Shown: positions 10,217-21,224, counted from the stretch's first letter. The stretch is 59,211 nt of DNA from Thermococcus sp. (GCF_017656495.1 NZ_JACDNS010000012.1:1-59211), one strand, 5' to 3'. Made by a program: numbers and translations. Notes: generated from the sequence alone by a model not told the origin.

Positions 10217-11050
10217 ATGGAGTTGCTTTTAATTATGGTGATACTTGTGGGAGCTGTAAAGTCTGTAGAGAACGCCATTAGCATGCTCACAAAAAATCCA
10301 GCCCTTGTTTTAGTGCCTATCTTGATAGCATTCATCTTAGCCCCTATCCACACTCCCAACAACACTAACTTTCACTTTTCTCAAGAAAGTGTCAATGTCG
10401 CAAAGGAGCAAGTGAGAAATTTTGTTCACGATTTTGTAAGAAATGCTGTAATTTTTGGAATTTTAACGTCTATTATGCAAGCAATTTCGAGCTATTCAGT
10501 TAGTAGAGGGGTTTTGGACATTATCAAACAAAAGGACTATCAAATAACACAGACTGTATTTGAAGCTCTTAAAAATCTGCCTCAAGCGGCTTTTTTGAAT
10601 ATTCTTAGCTGGATGGTTACCATTTTAGCGGTTGTCCCACCATTCGCGTATCTCTACAGCGAAATAATGAAAGCGGAATCCTTCACGATACCCGGAAGCG
10701 TCATGGATAATTTCTTTTTCTTGGCAATTATATCTTTGCTTATCTTACTTTATGTTGCTCCGGCATCTCTGCTTCTTATACCAGCATACGTGAAAACGAA
10801 ATCTGTAAGATCAGCGCTTAAGGTTTACAGACTTGCACTCAACAGGCTTTCCTCAACCATTGGCTTTGGAATTCTCATCTTTATAGCCATGATGATTATA
10901 AACCTCCCCACAATACTCACAAGATTTATTGACAACCAGTTTCTTGCCGGCATAATAGGGGCTCCCTTTAATGGACTAAGCAACGCCTTTTCGATGACTG
11001 CTGCAACCCTGTTTTATCTATCCCTAACAAAAGAAGTAGAAGAAGAGTAA
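10217..11050 (+). CDS. polytopic membrane protein of unknown function (paralog B)
   Basis: MGAINAFAKTIETITKHPKL aligns with VGAVKSVENAISMLTKNPAL. The true start may be the GTG at 10244 or the ATG at 10235. Confidence 0.45.
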   Translation: MELLLIMVILVGAVKSVENAISMLTKNPALVLVPILIAFILAPIHTPNNTNFHFSQESVNVAKEQVRNFVHDFVRNAVIFGILTSIMQAISSYSVSRGVLDIIKQKDYQITQTVFEALKNLPQAAFLNILSWMVTILAVVPPFAYLYSEIMKAESFTIPGSVMDNFFFLAIISLLILLYVAPASLLLIPAYVKTKSVRSALKVYRLALNRLSSTIGFGILIFIAMMIINLPTILTRFIDNQFLAGIIGAPFNGLSNAFSMTAATLFYLSLTKEVEEE

Positions 11051-11052
11051 GT

Positions 11053-12789
<1,737 letters not shown>

Positions 12790-12835
12790 TTACAATTTCT
12801 TCTTTTCTAACTTTGGAGTATAAAAGAAAAAAGGA

Positions 12836-13246
12836 TTAAGCACTTTCTTCATTAAAATGAACTCCTTCTTTCTCTTTTCCATTATGAATTTCCTTAATTT
12901 CAAAAACCTTGAGCGGGACTCTCTTTAAGGCCTTTCCAACAACAGCCTTTGCAATCCTCTCTGCATGCTCTAGGCTCTGGGCATTGAAGACTTTAAGAGT
13001 CAAATAAATTCCAACTAAACCAACACTCCCAATAACGAAAGCACTCTCAAACGGGCTTCCACACACAGGACATTGGGAGTAGCCAATTTCAACCTTAACG
13101 AAGTCAAGCTTTTCTTTATTCAAAGCCTTCGCAACCTTCGATACGGCAACATTTATCGCATCCTCTGGTGTCTCAACGTCTCTCACAATTATTGGAGCCT
13201 CCAAAACAACGATGTAATCACCCATTTTTCCCACCTCGTCACTCAC
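12836..13246 (-). CDS. UPF0212/DUF555-family conserved archaeal protein
   Basis: 136 aa with the CPVCGSPFE motif. Its start overlaps the upstream gene by 4 nt. Confidence 0.5.
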   Translation of the reverse strand: MSDEVGKMGDYIVVLEAPIIVRDVETPEDAINVAVSKVAKALNKEKLDFVKVEIGYSQCPVCGSPFESAFVIGSVGLVGIYLTLKVFNAQSLEHAERIAKAVVGKALKRVPLKVFEIKEIHNGKEKEGVHFNEESA

Positions 13247-13530
13247 CCGAAGGCAAAGAGTCTGTTGTCTTCACCTTTAAACACTCCAAGCCTAACTCCA
13301 GCATCAATAAAGCCGTGTGCATAGTTCAAAGCAGCGAAAGCAGTCACATAATCACCTTTCTCGTAGTAGTATATGGCATCACTGTAGTAGCTTTTTGCCA
13401 TGGTTAAAAAGTCTTTCGCAACAGAATAGAGGAGGCTTTTCTCATGTACTGCTATTTCAAGGTTCTCAAGGGCCTGTTTTGTTATTTCAAAGTATTTCTT
13501 GAGTTTCTCTTCGGTTATCTCTCGCTCCAC
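13243..13530 (-). CDS. small conserved archaeal protein (DUF357-like), translationally coupled to the DUF555 gene
   Basis: 95-aa ORF starting at GTG with an ATGA overlap onto the downstream gene. It is helical and aromatic-rich (YYSDAIYYYEKGDY). Confidence 0.4.
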   Translation of the reverse strand: MEREITEEKLKKYFEITKQALENLEIAVHEKSLLYSVAKDFLTMAKSYYSDAIYYYEKGDYVTAFAALNYAHGFIDAGVRLGVFKGEDNRLFAFG

Positions 13531-13587
13531 CGGTCTCGCCTCAGCTATAGCTAGCTTGAAATCCTTATAAACCTTGCTTATTCACTA

Positions 13588-14574
13588 ATGATGAGTGAGG
13601 TGATATCTATGTACACGCTCATTGATTTATTCGCTGGTGCAGGGGGATTTAGCAGAGGATTTAAGGAAGCAGGATTTAAGATTTTAGCAGCTATAGAGAA
13701 TTTTGCCCCAAAGGCTGAAACCTACAAGTTCAACTTCCCTGAGGTTAAGATGTATGTTGAAGATATTAAGAAGATTCATACTATAGATGTCATGAGAGAT
13801 GTTGGAGTGCCAGATGTAATAATCGGTGGACCTCCATGTGAGCCTTACACAGCTGCAAATTTGAAGAGAAAGGAGAACCCCCTTGATAGGCTCTACAATG
13901 ACCCGATTGGACAGCTTGTTTTACACTTCATTCGCTTTGTGAAAGATTTTCAGCCAAAGATATTTGTCATGGAGGAAGTGCCTCAAGTTATGGAAGGTGA
14001 GCTAAAAGATGCTTTGAGATATGAGTTTGAGAAAGCTGGTTATGAGGAGATCTACTTTAACATCTTGGATGCTCAAGATTACGGAACCGCCCAGAGAAGG
14101 AAGAGGGTGTTCATCTCAAACATTCGCATCAAGCCTAAGAGGGTTAAGGAAAAGCTGACAGTCTGGGATGTTATTGGAGATTTACCTGATCCAAGGCTAC
14201 CTGAGGCGTTAGAAATTCCCAACCACAGATATGTTCCGTTATCACCAAGGAAGCAGAGGAAAATCATGCGCCTTAAATGGGGAATGGCAATGCATAAGTT
14301 TGGAGACTCGCAAAGGAAGTTCACGAACTGGGTTAGACTTCATCCTTACAAGGTTGCACCCACAGTCAAGGGTGGTAGCAGGTTCATTCACCCCTTTGAT
14401 GACAGGCTTTTAACCGTCAGAGAGCAGGCAAGGTTGATGGGATATCCAGATTACCATATATTCCTCGGTGGAAGGGATGTGCAGTATGACAGCGTTGGGG
14501 AAGCAGTTCCCCCAACAGTCGCAAAGGCTATAGCTGAATACGTGAAGGAGAAACTTGATGAAGGCGATTATTAA
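13588..14574 (+). CDS. C5-cytosine methyltransferase (DNA or tRNA m5C, Dcm/Dnmt2-like)
   Basis: Motif I is DLFAGAGGFSRGF. Motif IV is GGPPCEPYT, which has a PC catalytic Cys in a Dnmt2-like PPCxPxT context. An ENV-like MEEVPQV and QRRKRVFI (motif VIII) are also present. The protein is short (about 320 aa). Confidence 0.65.
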   Translation: MMSEVISMYTLIDLFAGAGGFSRGFKEAGFKILAAIENFAPKAETYKFNFPEVKMYVEDIKKIHTIDVMRDVGVPDVIIGGPPCEPYTAANLKRKENPLDRLYNDPIGQLVLHFIRFVKDFQPKIFVMEEVPQVMEGELKDALRYEFEKAGYEEIYFNILDAQDYGTAQRRKRVFISNIRIKPKRVKEKLTVWDVIGDLPDPRLPEALEIPNHRYVPLSPRKQRKIMRLKWGMAMHKFGDSQRKFTNWVRLHPYKVAPTVKGGSRFIHPFDDRLLTVREQARLMGYPDYHIFLGGRDVQYDSVGEAVPPTVAKAIAEYVKEKLDEGDY

Positions 14575-14585
14575 GATTAGCGAAA

Positions 14586-14597
14586 GATTTATAATCT
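14586..14597 (+). promoter_or_regulatory. BRE/TATA-like element (AAAGATTTATAATC) about 30 bp upstream of tRNA-Val
   Basis: An AT-rich TATA-like box lies at the expected distance from the mature tRNA 5' end. Confidence 0.4.
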
Positions 14598-14624
14598 CTC
14601 TTTTGCTTTAACTTTGTCGGGAAT

Positions 14625-14701
14625 GGGCCCGTGGTCTAGTTGGTTATGACGCCGCCCTTACGAGGCGGAGGTCCGGGGTTCGAATCCCCGCGGGCCCACC
14701 A
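14625..14701 (+). tRNA. tRNA-Val (anticodon UAC), encoded CCA included
   Basis: Cloverleaf folds by hand. Acceptor is GGGCCCG/CGGGCCC. D-arm is GTCT..AGAC-like. Anticodon stem is CCGCC/GGCGG with loop CTTACGA. T-arm is CGGGG-TTCGAAT-CCCCG. Discriminator is A followed by CCA. Confidence 0.85.
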
Positions 14702-14882
14702 GAAAGCCCAAAAACGCTTCCCATCATTTTTAACCTCTCAAGATTTATAATGTCTAATTTTCTTGTATAATGTACAAAAGCATTTTTACACAAATGACAA
14801 TATTTACACAAAGTTTATTTATACAATGAACTCATATCCTTTACAATTAGCTCTTATTTTTAAAGCAATGGGAGGGGATAGT

Positions 14883-15134
14883 ATGGTTTCATTTCCAGAA
14901 TTTATTGGAGTTATTGTGGGGTCATTTGATGCAATAAATAGGACAGAGAAATTTAAATGGAAAATAAGTGTAGTGTTATGGCTATCTGGGTTAGCACTTT
15001 CACTTCTTGGCAGCTATTTTAACCCAGAGTTTGCTGTTAGTTCATTTATGAAAAGGTTACTTGTGCAGTATATTGTCGGATTTTTTATTGGTGAGCTGGC
15101 TGGAATAGCAATTAGAGCATTTTTAAGAAAGTGA
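14883..15134 (+). CDS. small two-TM membrane protein in a low-GC segment
   Basis: Start chosen at ATGGTT, preceded by GGGAGGGG. About 84 aa. The surrounding 500 bp is clearly more AT-rich than the rest of the window. Confidence 0.3.
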   Translation: MVSFPEFIGVIVGSFDAINRTEKFKWKISVVLWLSGLALSLLGSYFNPEFAVSSFMKRLLVQYIVGFFIGELAGIAIRAFLRK

Positions 15135-15215
15135 AAGACAAAAACAAAAAGAGTTCAGTGTCTTTGTTCCAATATTGTCCCCTAAATTAGCTATTAAAAA
15201 TTAAAAGATTCATTA

Positions 15216-16370
15216 TTAAGTAGGCTTTTTATCCTCCTCAGGTGGCTTCCAGTTCTTGGTTATCTTCGTAACAGCTTTAACTATCTGTCTCTCCTGTGGA
15301 TTCTTTTCAACAAGCTTCTCAAGGAAAGAAATCAACTCATCGTAAGTAGGTTTATCAATTGGGAAGGGCACCCTATCCTTTCCACCAACGGCATAAGCAA
15401 ACTTGAAAGGATCGGGAGGATGAGTAACTGGGTCTCTCCATGAAGGATGGACATCATACACAAGCTCCAATACAAGAGACAAAGCCCTTAGTGTGCTTGG
15501 GCCAAGTCCTTTAAGGAGCAAGAACTCCTCGTAATTATTCACACTTAGCTCCCTTGCAAGCTCCAAAGCCCTTTGGTTCAGCTCAATCTGTCCCAGACTT
15601 TTATATCTCCTAACTATATCGAACAGATTTAGTTTTTCATAGGGTTTGTAGACAACCAGCGGTTTGTAGCCTTTTGCAACTGCTGTAAGAGTTTTGAGCT
15701 CTCTCTCAAGCTTTCTCGAATCTTCTTTTACGAGATCTAGCAGAGTTTTTTGGTATTCTCTCGTATTTTTATCAACAGTATTCAGCGCATACTCAAGCTT
15801 GATTCCGCTTATCCCTTTGTGAGGCTCCAGCGTAAAGCTCTCACTATCGAACCAGTGATATCTCCTTGCAAGCTTGACCTTCGGATTCATGCCTTGCTGG
15901 ACAACTGCCCAGTTTCCTTCTTCATCAAGGAAGAAGACATGATGATAGAGCTGGTAGCCCGTTTGCAGAGCAACTGTGTCAACTTTGGCAACTAATCGGG
16001 AAATTCTGACGTATTCACTGCTGTCGAGTTCATATTTCTCACATATATCTCTCAATTGAGCTGGAGTTTCCCTGCTCTTGGCACCTTTTCCTCCAGCGGC
16101 TTTTATGCCGAGCTCTTCCTTTGAGAGAACTTCCTTTAAAATTCCGGTTGTTACAGTTGTGCTTCCCGACGAATCCCAGTCCATTCCAATGAGATTGTTC
16201 AAAGCTTGGAACCAAACTGGATCGGCCAATCTTTCAAGAACTCCCTTTGTGCCGTATTCATCAACCAAAAGAATAAGCACTAACCTTGCCAATCTTCTCA
16301 TACGTGCAGCCAGCCAAGGCGGAACATGGCCACCATGCAAGGGAAGCTCAGCAATGCCTCTTCTCATCAC
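15216..16370 (-). CDS. DUF763-family conserved archaeal protein
   Basis: 384-aa soluble protein. The N-terminal block RGIAELPLHGGHVPPWLAARMRRLARL matches my memory of DUF763. Confidence 0.5.
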   Translation of the reverse strand: MMRRGIAELPLHGGHVPPWLAARMRRLARLVLILLVDEYGTKGVLERLADPVWFQALNNLIGMDWDSSGSTTVTTGILKEVLSKEELGIKAAGGKGAKSRETPAQLRDICEKYELDSSEYVRISRLVAKVDTVALQTGYQLYHHVFFLDEEGNWAVVQQGMNPKVKLARRYHWFDSESFTLEPHKGISGIKLEYALNTVDKNTREYQKTLLDLVKEDSRKLERELKTLTAVAKGYKPLVVYKPYEKLNLFDIVRRYKSLGQIELNQRALELARELSVNNYEEFLLLKGLGPSTLRALSLVLELVYDVHPSWRDPVTHPPDPFKFAYAVGGKDRVPFPIDKPTYDELISFLEKLVEKNPQERQIVKAVTKITKNWKPPEEDKKPT

Positions 16371-16430
16371 TAATGTATCTGCTTTTGAAGTTATTAAGCT
16401 TTGAGAGAAAACCTTAAAAATTCACTGCCG

Positions 16431-17564
16431 ATGCTCAAACCGATGCCGATGAAAAAACTTAGCGAAATTTTTGCAGAGCTGCTCAGGGAGAAGGGAATAG
16501 ACAAGATAGGCATGCTTTCAAAAAGATACAGAAAGTCAAGGAATAAGCTTCAAGATATAGCGTTGGATGTTCTTGAAGGTAAGGGAGCTATAGTTGAAGT
16601 TGATGAACCTACGGCGATAGCTTGGGACTTAAGCGGAAGACGAACGGAGGGAGCAAAATGCGCCTATGCCCCATCATGCATAGCAAAGAAGTTTAAGATG
16701 CTCATTTCCCCCGAAGATTTAAGAGCAAGGCTTCCAAATGATTACCCCTACTTTATAATTGACCTCATGCACTGGGAAAAGCACACAGAAAAGGAAAAGA
16801 ATAAGGTTGCCCTCCAAGCTGCTCAAAGTTATGGTGTTTTGAGGGATTACCTCTGGAGCGAGCTTTTAGCGTTAACATGGGTCAACGAAGAGTTTAAAGA
16901 AAAAGCACATTTTCCTCTTGACAGGGTTACTGCTTATGAAGGTCCAACTGCAGAGTTTTTAAAGGAGAAGGGTATTGATGAAGTTGTCCTCCTCGATCCG
17001 AGAGCTGAGGAAGTTTTAAGCGAAAAAGACTTCAGTGTTGGGGGCTTTATCATTGGGGGAATTGTTGATACCGGTGGAACTAAGAAGGGGACCACTGCAA
17101 AGATTGGAGAAGCCCTTGAAAGTGAAGGAATCAAGGTTAGAAGGAGGAAAATCGTTCTTAGGGGAGACATTATTGGGGTTCCAGACAGGATAAATCATAT
17201 ACTCAAAATTCTCCTTGAGATGCTCGTAGAAGGCAAAAGCATGGAGAAAGCAATTCTTACAGTGCAGTCACCATTACATGCAAGGTGGCGCCTAAGGAAG
17301 GAACTGCCGAAGCATAAGAGGAGATATCTGATAGACGGCAAAAAGTATCTGGTTGTTGAAAAGGAACTTTTCGATGAGTATTCAAAATGGCTCAACATCC
17401 GGTGGGAGGACTTTGTACAGGTGCTGAGGGAACTTAACTTTGTCGCCCTTGAGAGAAAGAGAATACATCATTTAAACAAAATCTCAATGCCAAGAGTTAT
17501 CAACGGAAAGTTTTACAGGGTTATTTTGCTAAAGAGAGCGGCTTTGCTTTGCTATAATTGTTAA
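16431..17564 (+). CDS. tRNA (purine9-N1)-methyltransferase Trm10-like (SPOUT) with N- and C-terminal extensions
   Basis: FIIDLMHWEKHTEKEKNKVALQAAQSYG and FIIGGIVDTGGTKKGTTAKI..GIKVRRRKI align with the yeast Trm10 SPOUT core (VVIDCAFDELM...QVTRAY and YIVGGIVDKNRYK...GIPTRRLPI). Alternative ATG starts are at 16443 and 16449. Confidence 0.6.
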   Translation: MLKPMPMKKLSEIFAELLREKGIDKIGMLSKRYRKSRNKLQDIALDVLEGKGAIVEVDEPTAIAWDLSGRRTEGAKCAYAPSCIAKKFKMLISPEDLRARLPNDYPYFIIDLMHWEKHTEKEKNKVALQAAQSYGVLRDYLWSELLALTWVNEEFKEKAHFPLDRVTAYEGPTAEFLKEKGIDEVVLLDPRAEEVLSEKDFSVGGFIIGGIVDTGGTKKGTTAKIGEALESEGIKVRRRKIVLRGDIIGVPDRINHILKILLEMLVEGKSMEKAILTVQSPLHARWRLRKELPKHKRRYLIDGKKYLVVEKELFDEYSKWLNIRWEDFVQVLRELNFVALERKRIHHLNKISMPRVINGKFYRVILLKRAALLCYNC

Positions 17565-17576
17565 AGGAAAGAAAAA

Positions 17577-20240
17577 TCAAGCAAAGAATAAAATCACCGC
17601 ATCCTTAACTACGGCAGTCTCTACTTCTTCTCCTTCACTGAACACTGCCTTCCTGAGCACTATGTCATCTTTGCTGAGCTCAACCTTTTGCTCTTCGATT
17701 TCAAATTCTACTTTTCCGCTCTCTTTGAGTGCCTTTGCGACTTCCTCAGCATTTTGCTTGAGGTATGCAACAATCTTTGGAACGAGCTTTCCATATCTTG
17801 GCCCCACTGTCCTAAAGTTGGGCTTAATCTCGACGATTCTTTCCTCAAGCTCAGGCTCACCCTTTATGATTTCAAGCTTCTCAATGTTCATTGTTCCTGC
17901 GATATCTTTCTCTATTGCTTTGAGCATCTCATAGCTGTCAGTTGCATAAATTGCCACATGTTTGAGCTTTGCATTTAAGGCTAAGCCGTGTGAGTTCTTG
18001 TATCTCCTCATTGCACCGATAATCTCTCTTGCAAGCTCTCCGAGTTTTTCAGCCCCCTCGTCAATTCTTGCTTCATTGTAAGTGGGCCACTCCAAGAGGT
18101 GGATGCTCTTTGCTCCAACCTTGTCCTTAAAGACCTCTTGATAGAGCTCCTCAGTTATGTGCGGCACGAATGGTGCAAGGAGAAGCAAGATGTTGTAAAG
18201 CAGCTCATATAATGCCACTCTTGCCTTAAGCTTACTCTCTTCGTCGTTTCCATAAAGTCTGTGCTTGATCATTTCGAGGTAGTCATCTGCAACCTCGTGC
18301 CAAATGAAAGTCATAAGCTCTCTTGTGAGCAAGTTGAAGCGGTAGATTTCCATCTCATTTGTTGCGAACTTGATTAAGCGGTGAAGCCTTGAGAGTATCC
18401 ACTTGTCAAGAGGCTCGAGTTTGATGTCCTTGTTTGCGTTGTAGTCCAGATCTTTGATGTGCCTCTCCGCAAAGCGGAAGATGTTCCAGAGCTTTTGGAG
18501 GAAGCGGAAGTTGTAATCAACTGTTTCCCACTTGAACGGGTGGTCTTCTCCAGGTGGAGCCAGTGCTGTCCAGAGTCTTAGGGCATCGGCACCATACTTT
18601 GGAATCACTTCCTCTGGTGAGACAACGTTTCCATAACTCTTGCTCATCTTTCTGCCATCTGGACCGGCTACCATTCCGTTGATCAGGATGTCATGCCACG
18701 GCTTTTGTCCAGTGAGAATGTAAGTTCTGAATATCGTATAGAACGCCCATGTTCTGATGATGTCTGTCCCCTGAGGTCTCAAAGCTGTAGGGAAGTTGTG
18801 CTTGAACCACTTTTCATCTTTAGTCCACTTTGTTATGACGAGTGGGGTTATAGATGAATCAATCCAGCAGTCGAGGACGTCTTTAACTCCTTCTATATTC
18901 GTTGAACCACACTTTGGACACTTATCCACCGGTGGCTTGTCAAATCTTGGGTCAACTGGCAAGTCCTCTTCTCTTGCCGGGATGATCTCGCCACAGTCCT
19001 TACACACCCAGAATGGAATTGGAGTTCCAAATACTCTCTGTCTGCTGATAACCCAGTCCCAGTCCATGCTCTCTGCCCAGTCCTTAAGCCTTAGGAACAT
19101 ATCCTCTGGGAACCATCTTATCTGTCTCGCAACTTCCACAAGTTCCTCTGTGAACTCCTTCACCTTGATGAACCACTGCTTCTTGGGTAATAACTCAATT
19201 GGAGCCATACAGCTACTTCTCTCTGTGTGCCTTAGCACTCTGTGCCTTATCTTCTCCTTTTTATATAGCAAGCCCATCTCTTCCAAGTCCTTTGCAATTG
19301 CTTCCCTTGCTTCCTCTGTCTTCATGCCCTTGTATTTACCGGCAACTTCTGTCATTCTTCCATATTCGTCAATCGCAATAATCACCGGCAAGTTGTAGCG
19401 CTTCTGCCACACTATATCCTGTTCATCACCGTAAGTACAGTTATAGACAGCTCCAGTTCCAAAGCTTGGGTCAACATCTTCGTCGGCTAAGATTGGAACT
19501 TCTCTCTCAAAAATCGGAAGCTTTACCTTTTTGCCCACTAAATCCTTATACCTTTCATCTTCTGGGTGTACAAATACAGCTACACACGCGGGCATAAGTT
19601 CTGGTCTTGTTGTCGCTATCGGAACATAACCGCTATCATCAGCAAGCGGGAGCTTTATGTAGTAAAGGAAGCCATCCTCCTCCACATAACCTACTTCAGC
19701 CTTAGCTAAGGAAGTTCTACAGTTTGGACACCAGAATACAGGGTGCTCTGCTTGGTAAAGCAGACCTTTCTTATAGAACTCAAGCAGAGATTTCTGCACT
19801 AAAGCCTTGTATTCGTCATCCATCGTGTGATACTCCAAATCCCAGTCAGCAGAATAACCAATTCTGATAAACTGGTTTCTCATTGCCTCAATTGCTTGCC
19901 ATGTCCACTCGATACACTTCTGCAGAAACTTCTCTGGCTCATCCTTGCTTATGCCGAACTCCTTCTCCACCTTGAGCTCCGTTGGGAGCCCATGATTATC
20001 AAAACCCTGTGGGAAAAGAACGTTGTAGCCCCTCATTCTCTTATATCTCGCCACGATATCAATCCATGTGTGACTCAGCACGTGACCTAAGTGAAGGGTT
20101 CCGCTTGTGAATGGTGGTGGTGTATCAATTGCATATGGTGGCTTTTTCTCATCAAGCTCATACTTGTAAATCTTTTCATCTAACCAGAACTTCTGCCACT
20201 TAGTTTCAACTTCTTCGGGATTATAATTCTTCGGCAGCAT
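17577..20240 (-). CDS. valS: valyl-tRNA synthetase
   Basis: MLPKNYNPEEVETKWQKFW is near-identical to the Pyrococcus ValRS start. PPFTSGTLHLGH is the HIGH motif and KMSKS is present. 887 aa. Confidence 0.9.
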   Translation of the reverse strand: MLPKNYNPEEVETKWQKFWLDEKIYKYELDEKKPPYAIDTPPPFTSGTLHLGHVLSHTWIDIVARYKRMRGYNVLFPQGFDNHGLPTELKVEKEFGISKDEPEKFLQKCIEWTWQAIEAMRNQFIRIGYSADWDLEYHTMDDEYKALVQKSLLEFYKKGLLYQAEHPVFWCPNCRTSLAKAEVGYVEEDGFLYYIKLPLADDSGYVPIATTRPELMPACVAVFVHPEDERYKDLVGKKVKLPIFEREVPILADEDVDPSFGTGAVYNCTYGDEQDIVWQKRYNLPVIIAIDEYGRMTEVAGKYKGMKTEEAREAIAKDLEEMGLLYKKEKIRHRVLRHTERSSCMAPIELLPKKQWFIKVKEFTEELVEVARQIRWFPEDMFLRLKDWAESMDWDWVISRQRVFGTPIPFWVCKDCGEIIPAREEDLPVDPRFDKPPVDKCPKCGSTNIEGVKDVLDCWIDSSITPLVITKWTKDEKWFKHNFPTALRPQGTDIIRTWAFYTIFRTYILTGQKPWHDILINGMVAGPDGRKMSKSYGNVVSPEEVIPKYGADALRLWTALAPPGEDHPFKWETVDYNFRFLQKLWNIFRFAERHIKDLDYNANKDIKLEPLDKWILSRLHRLIKFATNEMEIYRFNLLTRELMTFIWHEVADDYLEMIKHRLYGNDEESKLKARVALYELLYNILLLLAPFVPHITEELYQEVFKDKVGAKSIHLLEWPTYNEARIDEGAEKLGELAREIIGAMRRYKNSHGLALNAKLKHVAIYATDSYEMLKAIEKDIAGTMNIEKLEIIKGEPELEERIVEIKPNFRTVGPRYGKLVPKIVAYLKQNAEEVAKALKESGKVEFEIEEQKVELSKDDIVLRKAVFSEGEEVETAVVKDAVILFFA

Positions 20241-20471
20241 GTTATCAACCTCCAGCGTGATGTTTCCTTATATGGTGGGTTTGTTTAAAAAGCTTAATCT
20301 CCTCTCTTAAGCTAAGGAGTTCCTCTGAAGAAAAGGCTTTTCTTGCATTAAAATCGACTGGATGGTGCCAGCTAATGCATTCACTTTTAAAATTACCAAA
20401 AGCCTCAAAGAGTCTTTCGATTGACGATAGGCACCACCAAAAAATAAAAATGAACTCGGAGTTTAAAAAGT

Positions 20472-21224
20472 TTAAGGTGCAACTCCAACAAGCCAGTATC
20501 TTCGGTCGTTAGGGCTTAGAGATCTTTTAAGATTGCCGTATATTTTCACGTCTTCAAAGTACTCTTTAGCTAAAAGCTTCATCTCTCTGACTGTGTAGAT
20601 ATTGAGTACATCATGGACAAAGAAGGCTTTAACCTCTCCATTCGGCTTGATAATCTGAACAAGCCTTTTAAAATGCAGTTTTTGGGTTGCTGGTTCAACT
20701 TCACGCCAGTCTGTTATTATTAGCTTTTCTTCGCCTTTTTCTGCATCCCATACTATTGGCTTATCACTCCCTCCATAATACCAGCACGGAAAATCCGCAA
20801 CAAACACTCCTCCTGACTTTAATGCTTTAATTACAGAATTAAATAATTGTTTAATTGCATTTTCATCGAAATACATGATACTTGAAAAGAACATTGTCAC
20901 TGCATCGAATTCCTCTTCAAAGTCTATATCAAGAGCATCGCCGTGGATGAACTCAATGTTAAGACCTTCTCTCTCAGCTTTCTTCTTAGCAACGGTCAAC
21001 ATCTCCTCATGAAGGTCAAGACCGGTAACTTCATAACCCCTCCTCGCCAGCTCAACCGTTGGAATTCCAGTCCCGCAAGCTAAGTCAAGAACCTTCTTGA
21101 TTTCTCTTTTTGCATCGTTCTTGAAAATTTCCTCGACGAAGTCTATCTCCTCCCTAACCCGCTCTACCCTGTGTCGATAAATTGCATCGTAATACTCAGC
21201 TAAAACGGTGTAAAGCTCATACAT
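20472..21224 (-). CDS. class I SAM-dependent methyltransferase
   Basis: VLDLACGTGIPTVELARRGYEVTGLD is motif I plus the acidic loop. 250 aa. Confidence 0.6.
   Translation of the reverse strand: MYELYTVLAEYYDAIYRHRVERVREEIDFVEEIFKNDAKREIKKVLDLACGTGIPTVELARRGYEVTGLDLHEEMLTVAKKKAEREGLNIEFIHGDALDIDFEEEFDAVTMFFSSIMYFDENAIKQLFNSVIKALKSGGVFVADFPCWYYGGSDKPIVWDAEKGEEKLIITDWREVEPATQKLHFKRLVQIIKPNGEVKAFFVHDVLNIYTVREMKLLAKEYFEDVKIYGNLKRSLSPNDRRYWLVGVAP

Noticed and set aside
17662-19398. Several plus-strand ORFs of 60-200 aa (17662-17934, 17688-17978, 18796-19398, 19199-19381, 19827-20090) lie inside valS.
   Set aside because: They are antisense to a confidently identified 887-aa ValRS. Their composition is Ser/Leu-rich and low-complexity, typical of shadow ORFs.
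20250-20330. Possible C/D-box sRNA (GTGATGT ... CTGA) in the valS upstream region.
   Set aside because: The box sequences are imperfect. No clear C' or D' boxes or 12-nt guide spacing are present. This is more likely promoter sequence.
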